Shown: positions 8,868 to 20,521, counted from the stretch's first letter. The stretch: DNA of 64,000 bases from a bacterium (GCA_963675295.2 CAXXKJ010000002.1:4032001-4096000), one strand, 5' to 3'. The notes: generated from the letters alone by a model not told the origin. Translations and numbers: made by a program.

Positions 8868-11012
8868 ATGGCTCAGCCGACGAAGGAAGCCCCATTGTTG
8901 GATGACTTCTCCGTGCCCGGTCTGGATGCTTGGCGCGAAGAAGTTGTCCGCCTGCTGCGGGGCATTCCGTTTGAAAAGAAAATGCTCACCCCTACCCCGG
9001 AGGGAATCACCCTGCGGGGGATGTACACTAGTCAGGATTTGCAGGATATTTCCGGCCTCGACACCATGCCTGGCGACAAGCCGTTCCGTCGTGGTACGCG
9101 CAGCATCGGCCACCGTGACGGGGGTTGGCAGATCGCGCAGGCCCTGCCCTACCCCACCGTTGAGGAACTGAATATTGCGTTGCGTCACGATCTACAGCGT
9201 GGTCAGAATGCAATCAACCTGATCCTCGACACCGCAACGCAAAACGGTCTCGATCCGGACCATGCTGAGGTTGGCCAGGTCGGCAAGGGCGGAACGTCCA
9301 TCGCCTCGGTCAAGGGCCTGTCGCGGGCACTGTCCGGGATTGATCTTGAGCAGACGGTGCTGCACGTGGAAGCCGGTATCGCGGCATTGCCGATGGCGGC
9401 GCTGGTCGTCGCGTTGATGAAGTCGCGAGGTAACGATATCAGCAAGTGGCGTGGCAGCGCGGGCATGGACCCGCTCGCCGGGCTGCTCGAATATGGCAGC
9501 ATTCCGATTCCGATCAAGTGGTCGTACGGCGAGCTGAGCATCCTCACCCAATGGGCGGTTGAGAACACGCCCGGTCTGAAGACGATCAGCATCTACGGGC
9601 ACCCGTATCGGGACGCCGGCGCGGACGCCGCCACCGAACTCGCGGCGGCAATGTCGACGGCGGTCGAAGCGATGTACCAGATGGAAACCCGCGACATTCC
9701 GGTTGAAGTGTCTGCTGGACGGGTGTTGTTCGGGTTTACGACCGGCAACGACTTCTTCATGGAGATCGCGAAACTTCGGGCGGCACGGATCATGTGGTCC
9801 CGGATCGTCGAAGCGGCCGGTGGCAGTGAAACCGCCGCGCGATCGGTCCACATTCACGCCCGCACCTCGACCCATCGTCTGACAACGCTCGATCCGTACA
9901 CCAACATGCTGCGTGGCACGACGGAAGCGTTCGCGGCGGTGCTCGGTGGCTGCGACAGCCTGCACGTTGCGCCGTTTGATGCCGCACTGACGCAGGTCCC
10001 CAGCGACCTCGCGCGCCGCATTGCCCGCAATACGCAATTGATCCTCAAGGAAGAGACGCACGCCGCCGCGGTCATCGACCCGGCCGGTGGATCGTATTTC
10101 ATCGAGGCGTTGACCAACGAGCTCGCCGAAGCCGCGTGGAAGAAATTCCAGCAGTTGGAAGAGGATGGCGGTGTGCTTGCCGTGATCAAACAGGGCAAAT
10201 TGCAACGTGAAATCGAGGATCTGAACAAGCAGCGGACGGCTGACCTCGGCACGCGGAAGGATGTGCTCGTCGGCGTCAACCGCTATCCGAACTCAAGCGA
10301 GAAACTCGCCGAGCCGACGGAAGTCGACCTCAAGGCGATCCACGCTCAGCGGTCGGAAACGATGCAGAAGCTTCGCACCACCTCCAGCCACCAGCAGGAG
10401 ATGAAGGTGATGGAGAAGCTGCAGGTGATTGTCAACAGCGACACCGATTTCAAGTTTGATGCGATCGTCGAAGCCGCCACGCACGGCGCGACCATTGGCG
10501 AATTCACCAGCAGCCTGCGGACCGCGCATTGCAACTGCGAAGAAGTGCACACGTTGAAGAAGACCCGGGCGGCGGAACCATTCGAGGCCCTGCGGCGCAA
10601 TGTGGTTGGCTGGCAGTCGGGCAAGAAGCCGGCGATCTTCCTCGCCAATGTCGGCCCATTCGCGGATTACATGCCCCGTCTCGACTTCATCCGGTCGTTC
10701 TACGAGGTCGGCGGCTTCCACGTGCAGTCGGAAGACTGGTACGAAGACACCACAGCCGCGATCAGCGCTGCGAAGAAATCCGGCGCGCCGGTGGTGGTCG
10801 TTGTCGGATTGGATGCGACCTACGAAACAGCGGTTCCGGAAATCGCCGCAGCGTTCAAGGATGATGGAAAGGTCACGGTTCACGTCGCCGGCTACCCGAA
10901 GGACAAGCTGGACGAGTACAAGTCCGCCGGTGCCGATGCGTTCATCCACATCAAGTCGGACGTTTACGCCACGCTCAACGCGCTTGCTACGCGACTGGGG
11001 GTTCAGTCATGA
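8868..11012 (+). CDS. mutA: Methylmalonyl-CoA mutase small (non-catalytic) subunit
   Basis: [52 protein letters not shown] and LVGVNRY motifs. No DxHxxG cobalamin motif. GGGAG RBS before ATG 8868. Confidence 0.9.
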   Translation: MAQPTKEAPLLDDFSVPGLDAWREEVVRLLRGIPFEKKMLTPTPEGITLRGMYTSQDLQDISGLDTMPGDKPFRRGTRSIGHRDGGWQIAQALPYPTVEELNIALRHDLQRGQNAINLILDTATQNGLDPDHAEVGQVGKGGTSIASVKGLSRALSGIDLEQTVLHVEAGIAALPMAALVVALMKSRGNDISKWRGSAGMDPLAGLLEYGSIPIPIKWSYGELSILTQWAVENTPGLKTISIYGHPYRDAGADAATELAAAMSTAVEAMYQMETRDIPVEVSAGRVLFGFTTGNDFFMEIAKLRAARIMWSRIVEAAGGSETAARSVHIHARTSTHRLTTLDPYTNMLRGTTEAFAAVLGGCDSLHVAPFDAALTQVPSDLARRIARNTQLILKEETHAAAVIDPAGGSYFIEALTNELAEAAWKKFQQLEEDGGVLAVIKQGKLQREIEDLNKQRTADLGTRKDVLVGVNRYPNSSEKLAEPTEVDLKAIHAQRSETMQKLRTTSSHQQEMKVMEKLQVIVNSDTDFKFDAIVEAATHGATIGEFTSSLRTAHCNCEEVHTLKKTRAAEPFEALRRNVVGWQSGKKPAIFLANVGPFADYMPRLDFIRSFYEVGGFHVQSEDWYEDTTAAISAAKKSGAPVVVVVGLDATYETAVPEIAAAFKDDGKVTVHVAGYPKDKLDEYKSAGADAFIHIKSDVYATLNALATRLGVQS

Positions 11013-13198
11013 GCACGCTTCCTGATTTCAGCAAAGTGAGTTTGCACGGGGACAATTCCCCGCGCACCTACGACCAGTGGGAAAACGCCGCGATGGCAGA
11101 GGCGAAAACTTCCGACCCGTCCTCGTTGCACTGGCCGACCAATGAACGGATCGATGTCCGCTCGTTGTACACCCCGGACGATATCGAGGGCATGGAACAC
11201 CTCGATTTCCTGGCCGGGTTGCCGCCGTTCCTGCGCGGTCCGTACGCGACGATGTATGTCATGCGTCCGTGGACCGTCCGCCAGTACGCCGGTTTCTCCA
11301 CCGCCGAGGAATCAAACGCGTTCTATCGCCGCAACCTCGCTGCCGGTCAGAAGGGCTTGAGTGTCGCCTTCGACCTCGCGACGCACCGCGGCTACGACTC
11401 CGACCATCCGCGCGTGGTCGGTGATGTCGGCAAGGCCGGTGTCGCGATTGACAGCATCGCCGACATGGAGATCCTGTTCGACAAGATCCCGTTGAAGGAA
11501 ATGTCGGTCTCGATGACGATGAATGGCGCGGTGTTGCCGGTGATGGCGTTTTACATCGTCACCGCGCTGGAGCAGGGCGCGTCCCTTGACCAGCTCACCG
11601 GCACCATTCAGAACGACATCCTCAAGGAGTACATGGTCCGCAATACGTACATCTATCCGCCGGAATCGAGCATGCGGATCATTGCGGACATCTTCAAGTA
11701 CACCAGCGAGAACATGCCGCGCTTCAACAGCATCTCGATCTCAGGCTACCACATGCAGGAGGCGGGTGCGACGGCGGACCTCGAGCTGGCGTACACCCTG
11801 GCGGACGGTCTCGAATATGTTCGCACCGGGATCAACGCCGGCCTCAGCATCGACAAATTCGCGCCACGGCTGTCCTTCTTCTGGGCAGTCGGGATGAATT
11901 ATTTCATGGAAGTGGCGAAGATGCGCGCCGCGCGTGTCCTGTGGGCCAAGTTGATCAAGCAGTTCGACCCGCAGAACCCGAAGTCGATGGCGTTACGCAC
12001 GCACAGCCAGACCTCCGGCTGGTCGCTGAGCGAGCAGGACCCGTACAACAACGTCGTCCGCACCGCGCTCGAGGCGCACGCCGCCGCGATGGGCCACACG
12101 CAGTCGTTGCACACGAATGCGCTCGACGAAGCGTTGGCGTTGCCGACGGACGCATCCGCCCGTATCGCACGCAACACGCAGCTGTATCTCCAGGATGAGA
12201 CCGGCATTTGCAGCGTCGTCGATCCGTGGGGCGGGTCGTATTATGTCGAGTCGCTGACGCATCAGCTGATGCACAAGGCGTGGGCGCACATTGAGGAAGT
12301 CGAGGAACTCGGCGGCATGACCAAAGCGATCTCGGAAGGGTTGCCGAAGATGCGGATCGAGGAAGCCAGCGCCCGGCGTCAGGCACGCATCGACTCCGGC
12401 CGCGAAACCATTGTCGGCGTCAACAAGTACCGTCTCGAGAAGGAAGACCCGATCGAGATCCTCGACGTCGACAACACCGAGGTCCGTCGCCAGCAGATCG
12501 CACGGCTGGAGCAGTTGAAGCGGGATCGTGATAATGTCGCCGTAATGCAGGCGCTGGACAAGCTGACCGACGCCGCGAAGAACGGCAGCGGCAACCTGCT
12601 CGCGCTGGCGGTGTATGCGGCCAAGGTACGTGCGACACTGGGCGAGATTTCCGACGCGATGGAGAAGGTCTTCGGGCGTCACAAGGCGGAGGTGAGAACC
12701 ATCAGCGGCGTGTATTCATCGGAGTACAACGAAGGGCAGCAGGCGACGACGATCGAGGACGTGCGCAAGCTGACCGAACAGTTCGAGCAGAAGGAAGGGC
12801 GCCGTCCGCGGATACTCGTCGCCAAGATGGGCCAGGACGGTCACGACCGTGGCGCGAAAGTCGTCGCGACCGCGTTCGCCGACCTCGGCTTTGATGTTGA
12901 CGTCGGCCCGTTGTTCCAGACGCCGGAAGAAACCGCGCGCCAGGCGGTGGAAAATGACGTCCATATCGTCGGCATGAGTTCATTGGCCGCCGGGCACAAG
13001 ACTCTGCTGCCGCAACTGGTCGAGGAACTGAAAAAGCTCGACCGTGAGGACATTATGGTCATCTGTGGCGGCGTCATCCCGCCCCAGGACTACCAGTTCC
13101 TCTACGAACACGGCGCGGCCGCGATCTTCGGACCCGGCACCGTCATCCCCCACGCCGCCCGTCAGCTGTTGGAAGAGCTGGACAAGCGGTTGGATTGA
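11009..13198 (+). CDS. mutB: Methylmalonyl-CoA mutase large (B12-binding) subunit
   Basis: [37 protein letters not shown] and [11 protein letters not shown] motifs. 4-bp overlap with mutA. Confidence 0.97.
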   Translation: MSTLPDFSKVSLHGDNSPRTYDQWENAAMAEAKTSDPSSLHWPTNERIDVRSLYTPDDIEGMEHLDFLAGLPPFLRGPYATMYVMRPWTVRQYAGFSTAEESNAFYRRNLAAGQKGLSVAFDLATHRGYDSDHPRVVGDVGKAGVAIDSIADMEILFDKIPLKEMSVSMTMNGAVLPVMAFYIVTALEQGASLDQLTGTIQNDILKEYMVRNTYIYPPESSMRIIADIFKYTSENMPRFNSISISGYHMQEAGATADLELAYTLADGLEYVRTGINAGLSIDKFAPRLSFFWAVGMNYFMEVAKMRAARVLWAKLIKQFDPQNPKSMALRTHSQTSGWSLSEQDPYNNVVRTALEAHAAAMGHTQSLHTNALDEALALPTDASARIARNTQLYLQDETGICSVVDPWGGSYYVESLTHQLMHKAWAHIEEVEELGGMTKAISEGLPKMRIEEASARRQARIDSGRETIVGVNKYRLEKEDPIEILDVDNTEVRRQQIARLEQLKRDRDNVAVMQALDKLTDAAKNGSGNLLALAVYAAKVRATLGEISDAMEKVFGRHKAEVRTISGVYSSEYNEGQQATTIEDVRKLTEQFEQKEGRRPRILVAKMGQDGHDRGAKVVATAFADLGFDVDVGPLFQTPEETARQAVENDVHIVGMSSLAAGHKTLLPQLVEELKKLDREDIMVICGGVIPPQDYQFLYEHGAAAIFGPGTVIPHAARQLLEELDKRLD

Positions 13199-13234
13199 TC
13201 ACTCCTGCCACCTTTCACTTCACCGACGCAAATC

Positions 13235-13262
13235 GGGGACACTTGCTCCGCCAAGTGTCCCC
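13235..13262. repeat. GGGGACAC-type palindrome, copy 2
   Basis: GGGGACACTTG-CTCCGC-CAAGTGTCCCC, a perfect 11-bp stem. Confidence 0.75.
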
Positions 13263-13275
13263 TCGAGATTGCAAG

Positions 13276-13300
13276 AAGCCGCCGATTCCGGTGGCTTTTT
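13276..13300 (+). terminator. Intrinsic terminator after mutB
   Basis: AAGCCGCCG-ATTC-CGGTGGCTT followed by a T-run. Confidence 0.75.
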
Positions 13301-13437
13301 GCATGCGGGCTAGTTTCGAACGGACTGGTAGGGTGACGGGCTATCTTTATTGAACAAGTTAGTTTATCTACCTCAAGGCATAATTATTGCGGGTTATCGC
13401 TGAAGCATGCAGTTTTGATACAGGGGGGACCTGCTGG

Positions 13438-14112
13438 ATGGATTTCATGAACCGGGCGATAACCAACTCTGAGATCAGTACGGACACGTTGGAGCAGTGG
13501 CAACGGATCGTTGATCTGGCGGCAAAGATTATGAACGTGCCCGCCGCGTTGATCATGAGGGTTCATCCGGAAAAGATCGAGGTTTTCGTCAGTAGCGAAT
13601 CAAACGGCAATCCGTATGAGCTGAATGAACTCGCCGAACTGAACACCGGTCTGTACTGTGAAACGGTGATGCGAACGGACGACAAGTTGCTGGTCCCGAA
13701 CGCCCTGAACGACCCCGATTGGGATCAGAATCCGGATATCAAGCTGGGTATGATCAGTTATCTCGGCTGGCCGGTCCATTGGCCCAGCGGGGATATTTTC
13801 GGTACCATTTGTGTTCTCGACAACAAGGAGAACGCGTACTCATCGGACTATGTCGAGTTGCTGCTCAGATTGCGCGATACTGTCGAACTCCAGCTCAAAC
13901 AACAGCAGACCATCGAGGAACTACAAGCGGCTCAACAGACCATCGAGGAAATGTCCGAGCTGATCCCGATTTGCAGCTATTGCCATCAGATCCGGGACGA
14001 TCAGGGATTCTGGGAAAAGCTGGAAACCTCCTTTTACAAATCCCGAGGGATGAAATTCACGCACAGCATCTGCCCGATCTGCATGGAAAAAGAATTCAAG
14101 GATTTGGCTTGA
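13438..14112 (+). CDS. GAF domain protein with C-terminal Cys/His (putative Zn-binding) domain, copy 1
   Basis: WQRIVDL, GLYCE, SYLGWP..WP.G.IFGTICVLD GAF; coiled coil; IPICSYCHQIRDD.G.W...THSICP.C tail. Confidence 0.85.
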   Translation: MDFMNRAITNSEISTDTLEQWQRIVDLAAKIMNVPAALIMRVHPEKIEVFVSSESNGNPYELNELAELNTGLYCETVMRTDDKLLVPNALNDPDWDQNPDIKLGMISYLGWPVHWPSGDIFGTICVLDNKENAYSSDYVELLLRLRDTVELQLKQQQTIEELQAAQQTIEEMSELIPICSYCHQIRDDQGFWEKLETSFYKSRGMKFTHSICPICMEKEFKDLA

Positions 14113-14235
14113 TCATGAATCAAGTGTGGTTCACGCATTTCCAATCAATAGCTTGAGCTCGAAGTTCCTCACCTGAGGCATGAGTATTGCTGCCCTTCTT
14201 CCAGTTGATCAAAAACAAGACAGAAGGATCATCTG

Positions 14236-14910
14236 ATGGATTTGCTGAATCCGCCGACTGCTCACCCTGAGATCACGTCAGATTTGATTGAGAATTGGCA
14301 GCGAATCGTTGATCTGGCTGCCAAGATCATGGACGTTCCTTCCACCCTGATCACGAAGTTGAATCCGAAAACACTTGAAATTCTTGTCAACAGCAACACC
14401 ATCAGCAATCCCTATTACGTCAATCAGCTTTTCGATCTGAACACTGGCGTATACTGTGAATACACGATGAAAATGAACGATCTTCACATCGTACCAAATG
14501 CCTTGAAAGATGATAGATGGAATCCCGATGGTGATGCAGACTTTGAGATGATCAGCTATCTGGGTTGGCCGTTACACTGGCCGGATGGTGACATTTTCGG
14601 CACAATTTGCGTGCTTGATCGTAAGGAGAATGCATTCAGCGATGATTTCGCGGAATTGCTGCTTCGGCTACGCGACACTGTGGAACTGCAACTCAGACAG
14701 CAGGCAACGATTGCTCAGTTACAGCAGGCAAATCAAACAATATCCGAGATGTCCGAGCTGATCCCGATTTGCAGTTATTGCCATCAGATCCGGGATGATC
14801 AGGGATTCTGGGAAAAGCTGGAAACCTCCTTTTACAAATCGAGAGGGATGAAATTCACCCACAGCATTTGTCCCGCGTGCATGGAAAAAGAGTTCAAGGA
14901 TTTGTACTAG
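14236..14910 (+). CDS. GAF domain protein with C-terminal Cys/His domain, copy 2 (tandem paralog)
   Basis: Same architecture as copy 1; the last ~50 aa are nearly identical. Confidence 0.85.
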   Translation: MDLLNPPTAHPEITSDLIENWQRIVDLAAKIMDVPSTLITKLNPKTLEILVNSNTISNPYYVNQLFDLNTGVYCEYTMKMNDLHIVPNALKDDRWNPDGDADFEMISYLGWPLHWPDGDIFGTICVLDRKENAFSDDFAELLLRLRDTVELQLRQQATIAQLQQANQTISEMSELIPICSYCHQIRDDQGFWEKLETSFYKSRGMKFTHSICPACMEKEFKDLY

Positions 14911-14944
14911 ACTGTCGCATCAGCCTGACCACAAGAGTAAATCA

Positions 14945-14962
14945 GCCGCCTTCAAGGCGGCT
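14945..14962 (+). terminator. Hairpin downstream of the GAF pair
   Basis: AGCCGCC..GGCGGCT stem with a weak U-tract. Confidence 0.45.
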
Positions 14963-15264
14963 ATCGTGTTTCTGACAGCAGTGGTGCTGATTCCTGTTTG
15001 ATCACGTGTGCTTGTTGTGCTGGTTGAAAAGCAGATGTGGCCTTTCGGCGGTCTTGTCAACGCTGCCCAGAGTGACTGACTCCCGCTTTGACAAGCAAAC
15101 CGGGCCACCCGCCTGTCATCAGCATATATCCCCGGAGAACCGCGCAAACACGCGCACGGGTCACAGGGGCATTTTCGTTCTTCTTGAGTGCCGGTGTTTG
15201 TCAGCGATTGGAGCCGCCCGTACCTTATTGGACACTGATCCGCGAACCGGGGGGCAGGCACATC

Positions 15265-15912
15265 GTGCGGAGGATCATCAGACAGATCTCGGTAGTCGTG
15301 TTGATCTGCGCGGGATGGATCGCGGCCGTTGACGCGCAGCCCTCTCCCCACTCCTCCACAGTCACCGCTTCCGATTTCCTGACTCCGCCGGCGTTTACGT
15401 GTTCCTTCGACGTGGAAGATCAGCACGGCAAGTACAGCGTCGCGATTGATCCACTGGACGATTCAACTCACCGTCTCACGATTCGGCGTACGGCGACAGA
15501 TGACACATGCGGGTTCAGCGATCCGGACGTTCCCGACGCAACCGGCGACGCCGCCTGGTCGACGTTGCTGCCGTGGCCGGTCTACCAGTGCGAGACGGCG
15601 GATGTGGATGGCAACGGCCGCGCGGACATCCTGGTCGGGGTGATCAAAACGTGTATGCACGATCCCACCCTCGCCCGGCGGCTGTTCGTGTATGAGATTG
15701 TGGACGGCGTCCCGCATCCGAAATGGCTGGGCACAACGTTGTCCGATCAACTGATTGCATTCAGCACCACGGAACGGGACAGTGTTCTGCTGGTGCAAAC
15801 GGTAGAACGTGACGCGCAGGGCGGAATCCACCATGGCGAATATCGCTGGGATGGGTTCGGCTTTGTGCGCTTGACGTATCACCATGAGTCCTATGGGGGG
15901 AATGGTCTGTGA
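15265..15912 (+). CDS. Exported hypothetical protein with one FG-GAP/VCBS-like Ca-binding loop
   Basis: Signal-like N-terminus from GTG 15265 and ADVDGNGRADILVGV motif. Overlaps the next gene by 4 bp. Confidence 0.7.
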   Translation: MRRIIRQISVVVLICAGWIAAVDAQPSPHSSTVTASDFLTPPAFTCSFDVEDQHGKYSVAIDPLDDSTHRLTIRRTATDDTCGFSDPDVPDATGDAAWSTLLPWPVYQCETADVDGNGRADILVGVIKTCMHDPTLARRLFVYEIVDGVPHPKWLGTTLSDQLIAFSTTERDSVLLVQTVERDAQGGIHHGEYRWDGFGFVRLTYHHESYGGNGL

Positions 15913-18350
15913 CACACGGTAATCAGGGTAGCTCTGTTCTGTTTCGACTTCTTGTTGTGTGCCTCGGCGTGTTGCTGCTTGCATCCGTGCTGCACGCTCA
16001 ATCCAACCGCCGGCCACGGTATTATGATTCGCTGTCGTTTGAGAAGGTCTACGGCGACACCATCCCCGCTCCACCGGCGGATCTGACCGTTGCTCTCGAA
16101 GACAAATCCCTCTCCGAGCTGCGTTTGCTGCGAAACGGCGTTTTCGCCCGGCACGGCTACCTGTTCACCAACAGCCAGCTTCGGGGTTATTTCAACCAGT
16201 TCGACTGGTACCAACCGGTGTATTGGGAGGAAGACTATCAGATCGTGCTCAGCGACGCGGAACAGCGGTTCATTGACCGGGTGCTGCGTGAAGAGAAGGA
16301 ACGGCTGGCCGATCAATACCAGAACGTACATGGACTCCAGCTCGCCAACCCGGCGAACATGGTGAATGATTACCAGTTCAAGCATTTGTCGCCGGCGTTG
16401 CTGGACACCTTAGCCAGGCAGAGTTTCGCGATCTACCCCGAGCCGAACCGTCAGATGCACCACATCTACGAGGAAAACAAGTACGCCGGCATCCCAAGTT
16501 TCGTGACCACCGACTCGTACCTGCACCTGCTGCACATCCACTACAAGGACGTGCTCCGCAACCTGGAGGCAGACGAGTTTATCGGGCTGATGCAAACGTT
16601 GACCGGGGATTTATTCCAATCCTGCCTTGAGCGGTATACCGAGCCAACCGCAACGCCGGCGCTGAACCAAGCGCGTGCATTCAACCTGCTCTATACCGCC
16701 GTTGCCTCGGCCCTGTGCGGCAATGAGACCAGCATCCCGGCCAATCTGCAGGCCCGGTTCAGCGCGGAATACGGCAAGGCGAACGCGGCAAGTGGGGAGG
16801 GAGCGGTGCTGTTGGGTGATCCCAACTACCAGTTCGAGGAACTCACTCCGCGTGGCCACTATGTCGTGGAGTTGCCGCCGAAACCTTATCCAAACGCGGG
16901 AAGCTATCGCACGAACCTGTACAGCCAGCAGGTCCGTCTGAAAGAGAACCTCGCCGCATACTTCAAGACGGTGAAGTGGTTGAACACGGCACCGATTTTC
17001 ATCGACGATCAGGTCCGGCTGCTGGCGGCAGTTGATCTCGCGTTGACCTTGAAGTCGGACGCGGATCTGTTCGACGCGTACCAGAAGTATGTTTCCACGG
17101 TCAACTTTTTCGCGGGCGAAGCGGATAACCTGACGATTCTCGATCTGATCGAGCTGCTGGATGAAATGGGTATCACCGATGCCGGTTCGGCGGACCTCCT
17201 GGCGATCCGGGCGACGCTTGCCGAACGTGATCCTGCGCGCATCGTCGCCAAGTCGTCCATTGACGCTCAGCAGAGCCATTTCAACCGTCCGCGATTGCTG
17301 TTCCTGCCGTCGTATTACAGTTTTGACGCGCACGTACTGCAGAACATGATCAACCCGAATATGGGTCGCAGCGGAGATCGTCCATTTCCGAAGGGGCTGG
17401 ACATTTTCGCCGCGTTCGGGGACAGCACCGCGACTCAGATCCTGCTGAATGAATACAAGGAAGCAGAGAATTGGTCCGGGTATCCGGAGGCGCTCGCCAG
17501 CATGCGGCAGAAGGTGAGCGAGGAGTTTGACAGCACCGGCTCGATGTACGGACTGCGGCTGGATCTGTGCCGGGATTTGACGGTGATCGCGGATGCCTGC
17601 CCGGATTTCATGCGCACGAACGCGTGGGGACGCAAGAGCCTGAACACGGCGTTGTCCGGCTGGACCGAGTTGAAGCATGAGATGGTGCTGTACATGAAGC
17701 AGCCGTTCGGTGCTGAATCCGGTGAGGGTGGCGGTCCGCCGCCGCCGGTGATTCCGGGGTATGTCGAACCGCACCTCGCGTTCTGGCAGGGCGCGGCGAA
17801 CTTGATCTCGTACCAGACGGAACTGTTCGATCAGAACGGCGTCAATCGATCGAGATCGGCATTCACCAGCAACAAGTTGCTGGAGATGGCCCAACGGCTG
17901 GAGGAGCTCAGTGCCGCCGAACTGGCTGGCAAGGGGTTGTCGGACGATGATTTCCGGTACATCACCTACATCGGCAGCGGGATGGAACAGATCCTCAGCC
18001 ATGGCATCGGCGGCGCCTCCGCCGCGAATCTGGAACCCTTGCCGCTTGCGATTGATGTGTACGCCCACCAGCAACTCGGGCAGCTGATCGAGGGAATCGG
18101 CGACGCGAACCCGATCTTCGTGCTGGTCGAAATCAACGGGCTGCTGTACCTGACTCGCGGGGCCGTTTTCAGCTACTACGAGTTCACCAGCCCGACTGTG
18201 CTCACCGATCAGCAGTGGCGTTCACAGCTCAGCGCTGGCAGCGTTCCTGAACGGCCGGTCTGGATGCAGCCGTTGCTGCTCGATGGCACCCCCCCGGACT
18301 CCAAACCCGGCTACGGACTCGAAGCGTACCGGTATTCCGGGTATCGATGA
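15909..18350 (+). CDS. YARHG + DUF3160 domain exported protein
   Basis: LRLLRNGVFARHGY.F (YARHG); IYEENKY..IPSFVTTDS.LH, PRGHY, KSLNTALSGWTELKHE..LY.KQ, GYVEP and RGAVFSYYEF (DUF3160-type). Confidence 0.85.
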   Translation: MTHGNQGSSVLFRLLVVCLGVLLLASVLHAQSNRRPRYYDSLSFEKVYGDTIPAPPADLTVALEDKSLSELRLLRNGVFARHGYLFTNSQLRGYFNQFDWYQPVYWEEDYQIVLSDAEQRFIDRVLREEKERLADQYQNVHGLQLANPANMVNDYQFKHLSPALLDTLARQSFAIYPEPNRQMHHIYEENKYAGIPSFVTTDSYLHLLHIHYKDVLRNLEADEFIGLMQTLTGDLFQSCLERYTEPTATPALNQARAFNLLYTAVASALCGNETSIPANLQARFSAEYGKANAASGEGAVLLGDPNYQFEELTPRGHYVVELPPKPYPNAGSYRTNLYSQQVRLKENLAAYFKTVKWLNTAPIFIDDQVRLLAAVDLALTLKSDADLFDAYQKYVSTVNFFAGEADNLTILDLIELLDEMGITDAGSADLLAIRATLAERDPARIVAKSSIDAQQSHFNRPRLLFLPSYYSFDAHVLQNMINPNMGRSGDRPFPKGLDIFAAFGDSTATQILLNEYKEAENWSGYPEALASMRQKVSEEFDSTGSMYGLRLDLCRDLTVIADACPDFMRTNAWGRKSLNTALSGWTELKHEMVLYMKQPFGAESGEGGGPPPPVIPGYVEPHLAFWQGAANLISYQTELFDQNGVNRSRSAFTSNKLLEMAQRLEELSAAELAGKGLSDDDFRYITYIGSGMEQILSHGIGGASAANLEPLPLAIDVYAHQQLGQLIEGIGDANPIFVLVEINGLLYLTRGAVFSYYEFTSPTVLTDQQWRSQLSAGSVPERPVWMQPLLLDGTPPDSKPGYGLEAYRYSGYR

Positions 18351-19279
18351 GCGGACAACGACACAAGCCGATCCTCGCGGTACTCGTGGGGATGATCCTG
18401 ACGCTGAGTGCGACGCAAGCGCTGGCGGCGGACACGCTAACCGTCGTGCTCGGCGGTGATCTGATGCTCGACCGCGGCGTGCGGCCGTTGCTGGAGAAGG
18501 TTGGCGTGGCGGCATTGCTGGCAGATGTGTCGCCGGTGTGGCAGGATGCGGACGCTGTGCTGGTCAACCTCGAGGGACCGGTGCTGGATTCGGCGAACGC
18601 GGACCCGGTGAACAAGGAGATCACCTTCCGGTTTGATCCCATGTGGTTGTCCGGACTACGACAAGCCGGCATCACTCATCTCGGTCTGACGAACAATCAC
18701 ACGCTCGATCATGGGTCGCATGGATTCGACCTGACCACGCATCATATCCAGGAAGCAGGGCTGGTTCCGGTGGGAAATCCCGTGTCATCGGAACGGGCGT
18801 TGACCACCGTTGACGAACCAACGCTGCTGACGTCTGGCGTTGTGACGGTCGCCGTGTTCGCCACCGACCTCGTCGATCATCCGGAAGGCGCGGAGGATTT
18901 GCTCACGCGGGTTCGTGACTTTAGCGAACGCCGGCCAGCGACGCCGATGATCGCGTTCCTCCACTGGGGCATCGAATACCATTCCGAACCGGACAGCGCG
19001 CAGATCAACCTCGCGCATCGGTTGATTGATGCTGGCGTGGACGCGGTCCTCGGCCATCACCCGCATGTGGTGCAGACGGTCGACACTTACCGTGACCGGC
19101 CGATTGTCTACACTCTCGGCAACCTGTTGTTTGACCAGGACCTCCCGTGGACAGCGGAGGGCTGGCTCGCTGAGCTGCGGTTCACCTCCGGGTCGGAAAG
19201 GCCGGAAATGCGAGTGCATACGTTCGACCGTGTTGCCGTGGCACCGGTAACACGAAACCTTTCTTCTCCCGCAGACTGA
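18347..19279 (+). CDS. CapA family (PGA_cap) metallophosphoesterase-fold protein
   Basis: GDLML.R, VNLEGP, TNNHTLDHG, HWGIEY, GHHPHVVQ and YTLGN motifs; signal peptide. Confidence 0.9.
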   Translation: MSGQRHKPILAVLVGMILTLSATQALAADTLTVVLGGDLMLDRGVRPLLEKVGVAALLADVSPVWQDADAVLVNLEGPVLDSANADPVNKEITFRFDPMWLSGLRQAGITHLGLTNNHTLDHGSHGFDLTTHHIQEAGLVPVGNPVSSERALTTVDEPTLLTSGVVTVAVFATDLVDHPEGAEDLLTRVRDFSERRPATPMIAFLHWGIEYHSEPDSAQINLAHRLIDAGVDAVLGHHPHVVQTVDTYRDRPIVYTLGNLLFDQDLPWTAEGWLAELRFTSGSERPEMRVHTFDRVAVAPVTRNLSSPAD

Positions 19280-19361
19280 ATTTCTAACTGACTGAATCGC
19301 GTAACAAAACAAACCCGGCAACGACTGTCGCCGGGCCGTAAACGCCATCGGTGCTTCACTG

Positions 19362-20333
19362 TTATTCCTGAATTTCCCACGTCCGATCCGAATTCGCCTC
19401 GACCGAACCCTTTTTGATGCAGTTCGCGAGATGCTCGAACACATTGCCCGGCTTGATCGCGTTCTTGTTGTTCTGGTTGATGAAATAGGTGTGCCCTTTC
19501 GGCGGATCGTAGTCCTGGTTGATGAAGCCGGCGTCAATCGAGTACACGTTCTTCGGCACCTTGTCGAGGTCACGCGGGCCCTTGTGTCCCATGCGCAACG
19601 AGCTGATGCGATTGCCTTTGTTGACGGTCTTGCTCGCACGCAGCGCGAGGTCGTCGGCGGCGTGATACACCACCAGGTTGCGGCAGATGTCCGGGATGTA
19701 TTCGCCCGGCTTGCCTTCCTCGAGAGTGTCGTGACGGATGTCCGCAGCCATCAGGAAGATGTTGCGGAACAACAGCGGCGGGTGGCCGAACTGGTCATGG
19801 TCAACCCAATCCCGGATCGCGCCACGGAACACGCGGTTGCCCATCGAATGGCACAGCACGTTGATCCGTTTCAGGCACATGATATCCTTCGCGGCCAGGT
19901 TGTTGCGCCAGTCGTCGAATTTGCCGAGTGCGCGGGCGAACGCGAACGCGCTGGCGTCCGCCGCGCGCTGATCGTCGAAATAGTCCTTGAGGATGCCCTT
20001 GTCATCGTCGCACGGCCAGATGATCGGAATTACCTCGACGAGGTTCTTCTGGTAGTCGTTGAAGAATTTCTGCAGGTAGGTGACCAGCGGAAAAATGTTC
20101 GGTTCGGGCAGGTTGCTGAAGCCATGCACGAAAAACAGCACCTGTTCGGCCTTGGAATTCCGCAGCTGTTCCATGAAGCCGTCCGACTTGATTTCCCGGT
20201 ACTCGCCCGGTGCGGTGCGCTCGCAGTAATAGAGATGCTGGCAGGCGCTGTTGTCGCTGATGCTGAAGTCGACCTTGCGGTTGAGTCGTGAGCGCACGGA
20301 TTGCCGCAGCGCCCGGTTGGTGATAAACAACAT
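19362..20333 (-). CDS. Alpha/beta hydrolase, DUF900 family
   Basis: FITNR start, FFVHGF, WP, nucleophile elbow CHSMGNR, MAADI, D.AL.AS and H.YF motifs. Confidence 0.85.
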   Translation of the reverse strand: MLFITNRALRQSVRSRLNRKVDFSISDNSACQHLYYCERTAPGEYREIKSDGFMEQLRNSKAEQVLFFVHGFSNLPEPNIFPLVTYLQKFFNDYQKNLVEVIPIIWPCDDDKGILKDYFDDQRAADASAFAFARALGKFDDWRNNLAAKDIMCLKRINVLCHSMGNRVFRGAIRDWVDHDQFGHPPLLFRNIFLMAADIRHDTLEEGKPGEYIPDICRNLVVYHAADDLALRASKTVNKGNRISSLRMGHKGPRDLDKVPKNVYSIDAGFINQDYDPPKGHTYFINQNNKNAIKPGNVFEHLANCIKKGSVEANSDRTWEIQE

Positions 20334-20521
20334 GTGAGTTCTCCTTGTGAAGGTGGTGAGTGAAAGTTAGACGCGCCGAATAAAAAGAATCCCAAGCGCG
20401 GAAAAGTCGTACTGATCGGAGAGTCCGGGCGGAATTCAGCCCACAGACGGGTGTTGTCTGCATTACCTTTGCGGGACGACAAGAAAAACAAGCGATGGTT
20501 TACGTACTGCATGGAGTGAGT

